This document shows, piece by piece, positions 63,905 through 64,000 of a stretch of DNA of 64,000 nt. This stretch comes from Synechococcus sp. (GTDB lineage: Bacteria > Cyanobacteriota > Cyanobacteriia > PCC-6307 > Cyanobiaceae), in contig JBJBDL010000003.1 in assembly GCA_047285305.1 (NCBI GenBank), forward strand, positions 1,024,001 through 1,088,000. Reading direction: 5' to 3'. The translations under genes and the position numbers were made by a program. Within the stretch, counting starts at the first letter, position 1. Each line of letters opens with the position of its first letter. The notes under the pieces were generated by a model. The model saw nothing but the letters and a program-made list of their open reading frames with translations, made no database searches and was not told the DNA's origin.

Positions 63905-64000
63905 GGACCATTGGGCTTGTCGATCGCTCATTTTGACAGGCTGGGTTGGGATCAGCACCCCCTTGCCTGTGCAACGCCATGGACCAGCTCCGCAAGCGAT

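Overview
A GC-rich cyanobacterial chromosome segment. Gene content, gene order and the Yfr1 sRNA between guaB and trxA point to a marine Synechococcus (inference). Most of the window is intact core genome: hom, ruvC, chlI, cytM, petG, hisH, trxA, guaB-like, gyrA, crtL, leuA, folD, crtE, cobB, opcA-zwf-petH, tRNA-Glu, sasA, pepN, photolyase, frr, pyrH, cobO, hemH, ilvB, pgeF and S1. Three elements are absent from the ORF track and were read directly: petG, Yfr1 and tRNA-Glu(TTC). Small accessory patches at about 21-23.5 kb, 27.2-27.8 kb, 30.8 kb, 43.2-45 kb, 48.1-48.6 kb and 59.0-59.3 kb carry repeated signs of gene decay (in-frame stops, single-base frameshifts, truncations), while neighbouring core ORFs are unbroken. 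The best candidates for something undescribed are three. (i) A stand-alone, catalytically complete tyrosine recombinase has an AT-rich 8-7-8 inverted repeat directly at its 3' end. (ii) A DUF4278-type peptide gene has a leader lacking the expected glutamine-riboswitch core but containing another hairpin and a palindromic operator. (iii) Next to it is an HTH protein fused to a phage-like CxCG zinc module. No CRISPR array, rRNA or IS transposase was seen. No database searches were run; family calls come from motif recognition only.
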